The notes: generated from the letters alone by a model not told the origin. A stretch of DNA of 64,000 bases from an uncultured delta proteobacterium (GCA_963727445.1 CAVSGI010000021.1:693975-757974); one strand, 5' to 3'; counted from the first letter of the stretch, positions 1-13,775 are shown. A program made the numbers and translations.

Positions 1-2680
<2,680 letters not shown>

Positions 2681-2876
2681 TTCTAAGGTGCGTATTCGAA
2701 AACTTTCGAGATCAGGGTTGGTAGCAGGAGCCCCCTTCAAAGGGGATTTCCGCTCGACTCTGAACCAACAAACGGCTCAGGGTGGTCGACAAAAGGCGCA
2801 GCGCGGCGAAGCCGCGTGAAGCTGGATTGGCGACCGAAGTCGACTTGTCGACGCGAGGACAATGCTTCCAAGGATC

Positions 2877-2992
2877 TCCGGTGGTAATGTCGGAGGGGCC
2901 ATACCCGATCCCATCTCGAACTCGGAAGTCAAGCCCTCCAGAGCCGATGGTACTGCGCGGGCAGCTGCGTGGGAGAGTAGGACGCCGCCGGG
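2877..2992 (+). rRNA. rrf: 5S rRNA
   Basis: CCGGTGG...ACCCGATCCCATCTCGAACTCGGAAGTCAAG...GCCGATGGTACT...GGGAGAGTAGGACGCCGCCGG; the ends pair; lies downstream of 23S. Confidence 0.97.
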
Positions 2993-3002
2993 TTAATTTT
3001 CG

Positions 3003-3034
3003 AAGCCCCGTCTCGAAAGAGACGGGGCTTTTCT
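3003..3034 (+). terminator. Rho-independent terminator of the rrn operon
   Basis: Perfect 12-bp stem AAGCCCCGTCTC-GAAA-GAGACGGGGCTT followed by TTCT; GNRA loop. Confidence 0.9.
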
Positions 3035-3055
3035 ATTCCGTCGGCGCCCTTCGAA

Positions 3056-3829
3056 TCAGCGGATCTCGAGCTCGAGCTCGGTGATCACGACCCGGTCGTC
3101 GCAGCTGTCCCGCATGAGGCGCACCTCCACCCGAGCCGTGGTGGGCTCCGGCAGGCGCGCAACGAACCACTCGGTCGCCGGGGCGCAACCGGCGCCGTGA
3201 GCGTCGCCGTCGGCGTCCCACAGAACGTCGGTCGTGTAGGTGGGCGTGCTGTTGTCGAAGACGTCCTCCACCGCGTCGTTGCCGGTCTCGCAGGTCCAGG
3301 CGTCGCCGACGAGAGGCGGGGGTGGGTTGCCGTTGTCACAGGGACAGCAGTTGTCGCAGCCGGGGGTCGAGGATTTCATCAAGCCAGCGGCGAAGGTCCA
3401 CAGGTGCTGTCGAGGTGGCTCGGTGGTGATCGAGACCCCATCGACGTAGACCTCGTCGAGCGTGGTGCCTGCCGGCGAAAACGCGTCGGAGCTCTGGCCC
3501 TGAAGGCCCCGGACCCGGCCGCGCAGCTCCCGCCAGGGGCTCACCGTCGGCGGGATCAGGATGGAAGTGGCCAGCGAGTCGCACGTGCGCATGGACCCCT
3601 CGCAGGCGACCGCGAAGTCGGCGGGCGAAAAGCCTTCGGGGCACGGATCGCGTCCCGCGACCCACGAATAGAGCGGTACGAAGGGGCCCGGTCCATTGGC
3701 GTCGGCGTCGACACCGGTCGTCGCGTCCATCCGTCCCGAATCCGGGTTCCCCTCCGCGGGGTCGTCCAGCAAGAGCCCGCAGCCTGACAAGAAACAACCG
3801 ATCGCCAACAAGGCCGCTCTCGCCGACAC
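3056..3829 (-). CDS. Cys-containing lipoprotein with a domain resembling an uncharacterised sponge-expanded protein family
   Basis: Lipobox FLSG-C; motifs YVDGVSIT..PRQHLWTFAAG, CPC, CETG, LWD, WF..LP.PTT..VEVR. Confidence 0.75.
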   Translation of the reverse strand: MSARAALLAIGCFLSGCGLLLDDPAEGNPDSGRMDATTGVDADANGPGPFVPLYSWVAGRDPCPEGFSPADFAVACEGSMRTCDSLATSILIPPTVSPWRELRGRVRGLQGQSSDAFSPAGTTLDEVYVDGVSITTEPPRQHLWTFAAGLMKSSTPGCDNCCPCDNGNPPPPLVGDAWTCETGNDAVEDVFDNSTPTYTTDVLWDADGDAHGAGCAPATEWFVARLPEPTTARVEVRLMRDSCDDRVVITELELEIR

Positions 3830-3866
3830 AACGCCCCATGATGCCGCAATTGGTCGTGTCGCGGCT

Positions 3867-4829
3867 TCAGTCGGCCCGTGCGGGGAGGCGAAGTCGAAAC
3901 TCCTCGCTCGGGCCGGTCCGCTCGCCGTAGTGGTTGTCGTTGATCATCACGAAGTCGCCGGCGTCGATGGCGAGACCTTCGAGGTTCGGATCGCCTTCGA
4001 GGGCACCGCCGAGATCCACCACCAGCTCGGGAACGATGGGGGCGGCGCCGGGTGCTTCTGGGACGACGAAGCGAAGGATGCGCATCACCTCGTAGTGGCG
4101 CTCGATCGCGAACACTTCGATGTTCGTGCCCTGGGCTCGGCAGGCGAGGGCGCTGATCTTGCCCGTGGCGGTGCTGAGCTCGACGTCGTAGCCCGACCAT
4201 TGCCCCGAGGTGAGGTCGCCGCGGGCGAGGGCGGTGGTGCAGATGCCATCGTCGCGCGTGAGCTTCGGTTCCACCGCCGCGATCACCGTTTCGCCGACTG
4301 CGCAGAGCCCCTCGATCCCCTTGTTCTCCGCCGGGGACACGGAAAGGACCGCATAGGGGAGCTCGATCCGGGAGGTGACGCGGGCGGTCGCGCCCGGCAG
4401 CGCCCCGGAGACTTCGACCAGGTACACGTGATCCGAAGGTCGGTCGTCGTCCATGGACTCGGTGCCAATCGCGAAGCGCCGGCCACCCAGGTGAGCGATG
4501 GATTCGGCGTCGGCTTCTTCGGGAAAGCCCTCCAGCGGGATCACCGCTTCGACGCGTCCGTCGCGAAGCGCCACCAGGAACGGGCTCCGTTCGGGCACCG
4601 CCCAGAGCATTCCTTCGTCGTCGATGGTGAGCCCGGAGAGACCGTCGACGGAGAGGTCGAGCACGGTGCGTCGCGGCTCGCTCTCCGCGGTCGGGGGCGG
4701 CTGAGTCGAGGGCAGCTCGGTCGAGGCGTGGCCATCGGAGGGCGTGGAAGTGGCTTGCGTCGGAGTCGCGCCGCCGCAAGCCGAGAGCGAGAGGGCAGAC
4801 ACAAGAGCCACCAGGATGCGTGTGTGCAC
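3867..4829 (-). CDS. Lipoprotein, probable beta-propeller (SdiA-regulated / esterase-like phytase fold)
   Basis: GTG start VHTRILVALVSALSLSA-C (lipobox); repeated blade motifs LSGLT, ESIA, IEGL, ISAL, LEGL. Confidence 0.65.
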   Translation of the reverse strand: MHTRILVALVSALSLSACGGATPTQATSTPSDGHASTELPSTQPPPTAESEPRRTVLDLSVDGLSGLTIDDEGMLWAVPERSPFLVALRDGRVEAVIPLEGFPEEADAESIAHLGGRRFAIGTESMDDDRPSDHVYLVEVSGALPGATARVTSRIELPYAVLSVSPAENKGIEGLCAVGETVIAAVEPKLTRDDGICTTALARGDLTSGQWSGYDVELSTATGKISALACRAQGTNIEVFAIERHYEVMRILRFVVPEAPGAAPIVPELVVDLGGALEGDPNLEGLAIDAGDFVMINDNHYGERTGPSEEFRLRLPARAD

Positions 4830-4876
4830 GGCGTGCTGGTAACACCCGCCGGCGCGCGCCGGCAAGCGGGTCGCGC

Positions 4877-6631
4877 TCAATGCGAGATGGCGGTTTGCGC
4901 CGCGGGGATGTCGCGGGTCGAGGCGCGGTGCTGGTGCCCGCGGATCCGCCCGCGGAGCACGTCCACCACGATGGGCGTCTCCAGCTCGAAGACGTACCCC
5001 GTCCGATCGATGTCGACTTCGCCCGAGAAGCCCTCGACTTGGACCGGGATGCGGATCGACATCGGGCGATGCCCGAGCCGGCGGTGGCGACGGTGCTTCA
5101 GGATGAAGGAGAACAGGCGTAGCGCTCGGTGGTTGTGGAGCCGGTGGCAGCCGAGGGAGGCACGGCGCCAGATGCTCGTGTAGTCGCCGCTGCCGTGGGT
5201 GCGAATGCCCTCGTCGCTCCCCAGCTCGAAGGAGCCATCGGCTCGGCGGGTGAAGCGCCGATGGTAGGCGGCGACCAGCCCGTAGGCCGACGCATATCCG
5301 GGGCCCACCAGGTCCTGGTTGATCTCGCTGATGAGCTCGCCCTCGAGGGTGCGCCGGGTCTGCATCACGAGCGCCGAGGGGGGAACGTCGTCGGGGGGGA
5401 GCCACACCGGTGCGCTGACGATCTGTGCCCACGCGCGACGGCCGACCGGCGACTCTTTGTAGCGCCAGATGCTTCGGCCGTTCTGACGCAAGAGGCGCCA
5501 GCCGCCGATGGTCGTGCCGTAACGCGCCATCGGAACCCGCCGGCCTCCGAGCTCCACGAAGAGGGTGAGCGTCGGCCGATGCTCGATGGGCTGCTCGCGC
5601 GGGGTGCCGTCCTCCTCGTAGGGGAAGTCGTACCAGACGTCACCGCGGTCGATCACCACCGAGATGTCGAGCTCCGTCGCCCTCTGGTACTCGGGGAGCG
5701 CGACGCCGCGGATCGCCACCGTGCAGCTCCCGGTCGGGTCGCCGACCTGCTCGAGGAAGCGGCGTGCTCCCGCGGTGGTGGAAAGGCCGAAGGCGCGTTC
5801 GATCTGCGTCGCGATCTCCACCTCCAGATTGCGCACCGTCTGGTGGTGCCCGTCGCGGTCGCGATAGGTCGCCGGACCCTCGTTCCGATCCGCGCCGCTT
5901 CCGTCTTCGATCACGCCGAGATCGAGCATCGCGCGCTCGGTCAGGGCGCGGACGAGAGCGCGACGCTCGAGCTCGAGGGGCGCCGCCTTCAGGGCCGTGA
6001 GCGTTGGCCCGGTGAGGCTCCCCCGTGCGTAGATGCGGTGGCGTCGTTCGAACTCCGCGAGGGCTGCGCGCATTCGGGGATCGAGCGCCCCGTTGGGTCG
6101 CCACCGGTAATGACCGTCGCAGACCAGGCGCTCTTGAATGGCGCGGATTGCGGCCCGGTCGGCGGCGTTGATCGCGGCGGGATCGGGCTCCTCGTCCTCT
6201 TCCAGATCGAGGCCGTCCCACGAACGGATCCTGTCGAGCCCGGCCTCGTCGTAGCAGTCCGCCCTTCGGACGTGCTCGAATCGTCGCGCCAGTACCGCGA
6301 GGGTGGGCACGATCCCGTAGAGCTCGAGGTAGCCATCGCGCTGGGCGCGACGACCGTGGTGGTCGTCCGGCCAGGCCTCGTTGGCGAGCGCGCGATAGGT
6401 CGCCTGGTAGTGGTTGGGTCTTCGCGTGCGTCCGTTGGGACCACCGAGCCCATCCGCGAGGATGTCCGGGACCCAATCGTTACCGAGCTCGACGACCATG
6501 AGGCCGCGCGCTTCGGCGTCATCGACGGTGATCAGGTCCTCGACGTCGCCCCGAACGAAGAACGGCACCCGGGCGTCGTTCGCGGCCCGAGCTTCGGGGC
6601 GCACGCAGAGCGCGCGCCCCGACTGACTCAC
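4877..6631 (-). CDS. L,D-transpeptidase (YkuD) family protein with peptidoglycan-binding domain
   Basis: Catalytic motif IRTHGS..ASLGCHRL; P.W.PP motif; PG_binding-like AIQERL..G..D..MRAALAEFERRH..G.L..PT. Confidence 0.85.
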   Translation of the reverse strand: MSQSGRALCVRPEARAANDARVPFFVRGDVEDLITVDDAEARGLMVVELGNDWVPDILADGLGGPNGRTRRPNHYQATYRALANEAWPDDHHGRRAQRDGYLELYGIVPTLAVLARRFEHVRRADCYDEAGLDRIRSWDGLDLEEDEEPDPAAINAADRAAIRAIQERLVCDGHYRWRPNGALDPRMRAALAEFERRHRIYARGSLTGPTLTALKAAPLELERRALVRALTERAMLDLGVIEDGSGADRNEGPATYRDRDGHHQTVRNLEVEIATQIERAFGLSTTAGARRFLEQVGDPTGSCTVAIRGVALPEYQRATELDISVVIDRGDVWYDFPYEEDGTPREQPIEHRPTLTLFVELGGRRVPMARYGTTIGGWRLLRQNGRSIWRYKESPVGRRAWAQIVSAPVWLPPDDVPPSALVMQTRRTLEGELISEINQDLVGPGYASAYGLVAAYHRRFTRRADGSFELGSDEGIRTHGSGDYTSIWRRASLGCHRLHNHRALRLFSFILKHRRHRRLGHRPMSIRIPVQVEGFSGEVDIDRTGYVFELETPIVVDVLRGRIRGHQHRASTRDIPAAQTAISH

Positions 6632-6870
6632 TCGGGCGTAGGGCCCAGGTCTTCGTCGTCGCCTCCCATGTCGTCGCTGCCGTCGTCACCCATGTCACCC
6701 ATGTCATCGTTGGATTCGACGGGCTCGGCGGTGTTGACGGTCTCGTCGCCGGTGGAAGTGGTGGTGGTGTCCTCTTCCGCCGCGGGCTCCGCGCTGCCGC
6801 CGCACGCCGCTGCGCCGATGAGGCCACCCGCCAGTAGTGCAGACAGGAACATCTCACGATCGATCTTCAT
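6628..6870 (-). CDS. Small acidic lipoprotein (80 aa)
   Basis: GGAGGA RBS, MKIDREMFLSALLAGGLIGAAA-C, D/E/T/G-rich tail; its stop overlaps the start of the L,D-transpeptidase ORF (GTGA). Confidence 0.75.
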   Translation of the reverse strand: MKIDREMFLSALLAGGLIGAAACGGSAEPAAEEDTTTTSTGDETVNTAEPVESNDDMGDMGDDGSDDMGGDDEDLGPTPE

Positions 6871-6933
6871 TGCGAATCCTCCCGGCCCGTGGGGCCGCCC
6901 TACGATGAGGGCCCGCCATTCTATCGCCGCCAC

Positions 6934-8136
6934 CTACGACATCAATCCCAATCGTTCGGCGGTGCGCCTCGCCACGGCGGCATCGGAGAAGGGAACGGGC
7001 CCGCTGCCCAGGTGCTGGACCGCTTCGTGCCCGCGACCTGCGATCACCACCACGTCGTCCTCCGTTGCGGCCGTCATCGCGGCCTCGATGGCCGTTTGCC
7101 GGTCCGGCTCCTCTTTCCACGTGCTCTGCCCACGCGCGCCACGTCTCACCATCAGAGCGATGGCGACGGGGTCCTCACTGCGCGGATTGTCGGTGGTGAG
7201 CAGGACCTGGTCCGCGAGACGGTCCGCCACCGCGCCCATCACCTCCCGTTTCCCCTGGTCGCGGTCCCCGCCGCACCCGAAGACGCAGAACAGCTGGCCG
7301 CCGGCGGACTCGGCGAGAGGGCGGGCCGCCGAGAGCGTGCGCTCGAGGGCGTCCGGGGTGTGTGCGTAATCGACGAGCACCAGGGGGCGGCGAGTGATGG
7401 GCTCGAAGCGACCGGGTACGCCTGCGAAGCGAGACAGCCCTCTGCGGATGGCGTCGGGAGGGAGCCCCAGCGCATCGGCAGCGATGGCGGCAGCGATCGC
7501 GTTGTCGATCTGGAAGGGACCCGGGATCGACAGCGTCAGTTCGGAGCCCAGCGCGCTCGCCAGGAGGCCTTCGAGCATCGCGCGGGTCCCTTCACGGGTG
7601 GCGTGAAGCTCCCTGGCACAGAGCCAGGTCGGGATTTCCGCCGTGGCGTCGCCCACCGCGAAGCCGCGCATCGCGACGTGTGGCGGCAGCGTCTCGGCGA
7701 CGAGCGCGCACGCCGGGTCGGCGGCGTTGAGGACCGCGACGCCTCCCTTCGGCAGCGCGAAGAAGAGGCGGGCCTTGGCCGCGAGATAGGCCTCGGGCGA
7801 CCCATGCCGGTCGAGATGATCTCGGGAGAGATTCGTGAAGACGGCGACATCGGGAGGCCATCGGGTGGCGAAGCCGCCGGCGAGGGCGCGCGAGGTGGTC
7901 TCCACCGCGAGGATGCCCGCGCCTTCGTTCACGGCGCGTTCAGCGAAGGCGCGAAACGCGCTCATCGATCCGTCGTAGTCGACGGTCTCGCCCCCCACCG
8001 ACGCGCCCAGCGTCGTCACGTGGGCGGGAACCTCGCCCGCGGCCTCGACGATCGACGCGATCATCCGCGTCGTGCTCGTCTTGCCGTTCGTCCCCGTCAC
8101 ACAGACGGTGCGAAGCGACTGTCGCAGCGCATCCAT
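6934..8136 (-). CDS. MurE-like Mur ligase lacking the N-terminal domain
   Basis: P-loop GTNGKTSTT near residue 15; TNLSRDHLD, DYAHTPDAL, GCGGDRD..KR, DNPR, GRGHE. Confidence 0.9.
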   Translation of the reverse strand: MDALRQSLRTVCVTGTNGKTSTTRMIASIVEAAGEVPAHVTTLGASVGGETVDYDGSMSAFRAFAERAVNEGAGILAVETTSRALAGGFATRWPPDVAVFTNLSRDHLDRHGSPEAYLAAKARLFFALPKGGVAVLNAADPACALVAETLPPHVAMRGFAVGDATAEIPTWLCARELHATREGTRAMLEGLLASALGSELTLSIPGPFQIDNAIAAAIAADALGLPPDAIRRGLSRFAGVPGRFEPITRRPLVLVDYAHTPDALERTLSAARPLAESAGGQLFCVFGCGGDRDQGKREVMGAVADRLADQVLLTTDNPRSEDPVAIALMVRRGARGQSTWKEEPDRQTAIEAAMTAATEDDVVVIAGRGHEAVQHLGSGPVPFSDAAVARRTAERLGLMS

Positions 8137-8281
8137 CGCCCGAGACTAGAGCACATCTGTCGCCACGGAGTCGCAGTGGCGCTGGAATCCTTCGGATTTG
8201 GGGCGTCTCCCCGTGAGCAGGATCACCCTGTCGTGCGGCGCGTGGGCGTCGCACGAGGTTCGCGGCATACTTTCGGCGCTC

Positions 8282-10723
8282 GTGGATCCCCTGAAGAAAC
8301 GTATCGCGGCCGCGGTGGCGGTCGGCGTGCCGCTCGTGCTCGGTGCGGCGGCGTGGTTCTGGTGGATCCCGAACGTCGTCGAGTCGCGCGCGGAGGCGGC
8401 GATCGCGTCGCGTCTCGGGATGCGCGGCCAGGTCGGGGACGTCGACATGCGGCTGCGCGGGGCGGTGCTCGAGGACGTGGCGATCTCGGGTGAAGCCGGC
8501 GGCGTCCAGATCCGGATCGAAGAGGTCGGCGTTCGCATCGGGCTGCTCGCGGCTCTCTTCGAGGGCGCGGCTGCGCTCGAAGAGGTGCAGGCACGCGGCG
8601 CGCAGGTGGAGGTCGACCTCACGGACCCGGGACTCGAGGAGAGCCTCGCCGCGCTTCGCGCCGCGCGCGCTCGGGGCGCCGCGCGCGCCGCCGATGATGC
8701 ACCCGGCGAGCACGCTGCGGACGAAGACGGCGGCGGCTTCACCCTCGGCGCGGTCGGGGTGAACGTCACAATCGACGATCGCGAAGGACGTCTTCTGACC
8801 CTGCGCGGCGGACGCGCGCGCGTGGAGGGCCACGAGATCGAGGGCGACCTCGCCGCCATCACCGTCGGCGCCGAGCCCTACGACACGCTGAGCGCGGACG
8901 TGGTGGCGCTCAGCGCGTCGCGCGGCGAAGAGGGCTTGCGGATCTCGGCCCTGACCATCGGCTCCGGCAACGTCTCCTGGGCCTTCCGAGAGGCGCCCGA
9001 CGATGAAAATACTGAGGAAAATGCCCCACGGCCGACGCTGAGGCGATTGGGCGCTGCCCTCGCCACGCTCCGCGGCCCGAGCGAGGAAACACCTGAGGAG
9101 CCCAGCGACGGCCCCGGCTGGCTCGCGCGTCTCGAAGACGGCGCTCACATCGAGGTGTCGGACATCGACGTGCGCACCCGGACTGCGGGCGGCGGTGAGG
9201 AGTTGGTGATGGCCGATCTCGAGGCCAGCCTCGACAAGCTCGATGCGCACCGCGTGCGTGCGCGCGGCTCGGGCGTACCGGGTGAACGCGGCACCCTCGC
9301 GTGGGATCTCACCGTCGCCCCCGTGGACCTGCGGGCGCAGGGCTCGCTCGAGTTCGAGGACGTGCCCCTCGCCCTGGTCGCCCCACTCGTCCCGGACATC
9401 CCCTTCTATCAGCCCGAGCGGAGCCTGCTCAGCGGTGCGCTCCAGGTCGACGGCGAGGGTGCGGATCGCATCGGGCTTCGCGGTCGGGTCGCGGTGGAGG
9501 ACGCGGCGCTCTTCTCGTCACGGATCGCGCCCGATCCGGTGGGCGGGCTGTCGGTGGTCATCGAAGGCGAGGGCGCCTTCCTTCCCCCGAGCCGTCGCCT
9601 CGAGATCGAACGCGCGACGATTCGCATGGGCGAAGCGGAGGTGATCATCCAGGGCGCGCTCGAGCGGACCGAGGAGCGCTACCTCGTCGACGCGACCGCG
9701 ACCCTGCCACCCACCAACTGCTCGGATGCCGTGGGCGCGATCCCAGAGGACCTGCTCGGCGAGCTCTCCACCTTCAGCCTGAGCGGCCTCATCGGCGGCC
9801 GGGTGCGGGCGCACGTCGACTCCGAGGCCCTCGACGACCTGACCCTCGACATCGACGTCTCCGACGGCTGCATCTTCGAGACCGTTCCTCCGATGGCGGA
9901 TCTCGCGCGCGTCGCCGGTCCCTTCCTTCATCGGGTGCACGAGCCGGATGGGAGCTGGTTCGAGATGACCACCGGGCCCGGGAGCGGAAACTGGTCGTCG
10001 ATCTATCGAATCAGCCCCTACCTCGTCCACGCGGTGCTGGCGCACGAGGACGCGAGCTTCTTTTCCCACAGCGGCTTCGCGCCGTGGGCGATCCGCAAGG
10101 CGCTCGCCAAGAATCTCTCCGAGGGGCGCTTCGTTCAGGGCGCGAGCACCATCAGCATGCAGCTCGCGAAGAACCTCTTCTTGCATCGCGAGAAGTACCT
10201 GGCGCGCAAGGTTCAGGAGGTGCTCTTGACCTGGTGGCTGGAGAAGGCGCTCGACAAGCCGCAGATCCTCGAGCTCTATCTCAACATCATCGAGTACGGC
10301 ACGTCGCTCTACGGGATCACCGAGGCGTCGAATCGCTACTTCGGCGTCGAGCCCGAGGACCTGACCCCTGCACAGAGCGCCTTCCTCGCGTCGGTGCTGC
10401 CGAACCCCAAGCTCTACTACGGGCAGTACGAGCGGAACGAGCTGAGCGAGAGCATGAGGAACCGGATGCGACGGCTCCTCACGCACATGCACGCGCGCGG
10501 TCGCATCGACCAGGCCGCCCTCGACTACGGCCTCGCCGAGCTCGACACCTTCCGCTTCTATCGAGAGGGTGATCCGCTGCCCACGCCGCCCCAAGTCACC
10601 GGCTCCACCGGCCCGCTCCCCTTCGCGACCACGACCACCACGGGGTGGGCCGACGGCTGGGAGCAGTACGCCGACGAAGCCTTCGAGGCGGCGTGGGAGT
10701 CGATGACGCCCGAGCAGCTCTGA
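8282..10723 (+). CDS. Monofunctional peptidoglycan glycosyltransferase (GT51) with N-terminal TM and long AsmA-like beta region
   Basis: EDASFFSHSG, GASTISMQLAKN, RKVQE, KPQILELYLN motifs; no transpeptidase domain. Start GTG 8282 is a choice; the ORF is open from 8198. Confidence 0.88.
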   Translation: MDPLKKRIAAAVAVGVPLVLGAAAWFWWIPNVVESRAEAAIASRLGMRGQVGDVDMRLRGAVLEDVAISGEAGGVQIRIEEVGVRIGLLAALFEGAAALEEVQARGAQVEVDLTDPGLEESLAALRAARARGAARAADDAPGEHAADEDGGGFTLGAVGVNVTIDDREGRLLTLRGGRARVEGHEIEGDLAAITVGAEPYDTLSADVVALSASRGEEGLRISALTIGSGNVSWAFREAPDDENTEENAPRPTLRRLGAALATLRGPSEETPEEPSDGPGWLARLEDGAHIEVSDIDVRTRTAGGGEELVMADLEASLDKLDAHRVRARGSGVPGERGTLAWDLTVAPVDLRAQGSLEFEDVPLALVAPLVPDIPFYQPERSLLSGALQVDGEGADRIGLRGRVAVEDAALFSSRIAPDPVGGLSVVIEGEGAFLPPSRRLEIERATIRMGEAEVIIQGALERTEERYLVDATATLPPTNCSDAVGAIPEDLLGELSTFSLSGLIGGRVRAHVDSEALDDLTLDIDVSDGCIFETVPPMADLARVAGPFLHRVHEPDGSWFEMTTGPGSGNWSSIYRISPYLVHAVLAHEDASFFSHSGFAPWAIRKALAKNLSEGRFVQGASTISMQLAKNLFLHREKYLARKVQEVLLTWWLEKALDKPQILELYLNIIEYGTSLYGITEASNRYFGVEPEDLTPAQSAFLASVLPNPKLYYGQYERNELSESMRNRMRRLLTHMHARGRIDQAALDYGLAELDTFRFYREGDPLPTPPQVTGSTGPLPFATTTTTGWADGWEQYADEAFEAAWESMTPEQL

Positions 10724-10753
10724 GCGCGCGCATCGCTGGGCCGGTGCGGCCGG

Positions 10754-12691
<1,938 letters not shown>

Positions 12692-12782
12692 GATCGCGTC
12701 TCCTCGTGGGTGGGCACACGGGGTAACAGAAGATCGCGGCCCTCGAAAAGGGCCCTTCCGAAATTGCAGGACGCTGCCGCGC

Positions 12783-13226
12783 TCAGCGGGTGACGCTGAC
12801 CTTCGACACCAGCCAGTCATCCCCGCGTCTGCGGAAGTCGAAGTTCGCGTTGACCATCCCGAGTTGACTGTTGATCACCCGCACGTGCAGGTGTGCGTGG
12901 TCCCCTTCGACCTCGATGTTCTCGCCCAGGATCCGCAGGTCCTGACCCATGAAGCGGCGCATCGATTCGCGTGCTCGCGTCCGGAGCGTTTCGTCGTCCT
13001 CGTAGAGGTCGCTCCGGCCCATCACGTAGACCTCGACCGGCTGACGGCTGGTGTCCACCCAGGACAGGGCGGCGTCGATCTTGTCGGAGCTCACCTCTCC
13101 CGTGACCGAGTCGAGAAAGACCTGAATGCGCTCGGCGTCGGTGACCACCAGGTAGTCCACGATCATCCACACGCACGCGGCCAAGAGCGCGCCTGCCAGG
13201 GCGAGACCGAGGGTGCGACGCTTCAC
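12783..13226 (-). CDS. Membrane-anchored hypothetical protein, possible NTF2/SnoaL-like fold
   Basis: N-terminal TM; C-terminal IEVEGDHA..F.RRGDDWLV pattern. Confidence 0.6.
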   Translation of the reverse strand: MKRRTLGLALAGALLAACVWMIVDYLVVTDAERIQVFLDSVTGEVSSDKIDAALSWVDTSRQPVEVYVMGRSDLYEDDETLRTRARESMRRFMGQDLRILGENIEVEGDHAHLHVRVINSQLGMVNANFDFRRRGDDWLVSKVSVTR

Positions 13227-13251
13227 CGCGCCATCGTACAGTAGAGCCGTC

Positions 13252-13770
13252 ATGCGCCGCGACGCCCTCGAAGCCCTCCGGCAGAAGTACCGCGAGATGC
13301 GGCGCCTCCGACAGGAGGACGCCGCGGGCACCGCCGGCGATCCGCGCGCGGAGATGGCGGCGCTGGCATGGCGTTTCCCCGGCGCGCTCCGCCAGATCGA
13401 TCGACTGAGCTCGCCGGAGATCGACGCCCGCCTCGTCGCCCTCGAGGCCGCGGTCCTGGGCGGCGAGGCGCCGCGTTGGGCGCTTTGGGAGATCGCCTAT
13501 CACGGTCGGATGCGCGCGACCCTTCGCGTCAAGCGTGTGGTGCGCGGCGCCGCGGACGCGGAGGCCCTCGCGCTCGCCACCGAGGCGTGGGGACGTGAAG
13601 CGGACGAGCCGCGGGAGGCGATGACCGAAGAGCGGCTCCGCGCCATCCGCGCCCCCGAGGACGGCCGTCTCAACAAGTCGGTGCTCGCGGCCGTAGCCGA
13701 TGAGCACGGGGTCAGCGTCGAAGAGATCCACGCGGCGCTCTTCGTCGCCGTCTGCGTCGAGTCGGAGTGA
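13252..13770 (+). CDS. Hypothetical helical protein
   Basis: Protein-like ORF with high-GC codon usage that fills the gap between neighbouring genes. Confidence 0.6.
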   Translation: MRRDALEALRQKYREMRRLRQEDAAGTAGDPRAEMAALAWRFPGALRQIDRLSSPEIDARLVALEAAVLGGEAPRWALWEIAYHGRMRATLRVKRVVRGAADAEALALATEAWGREADEPREAMTEERLRAIRAPEDGRLNKSVLAAVADEHGVSVEEIHAALFVAVCVESE

Positions 13771-13775
13771 GAGGC

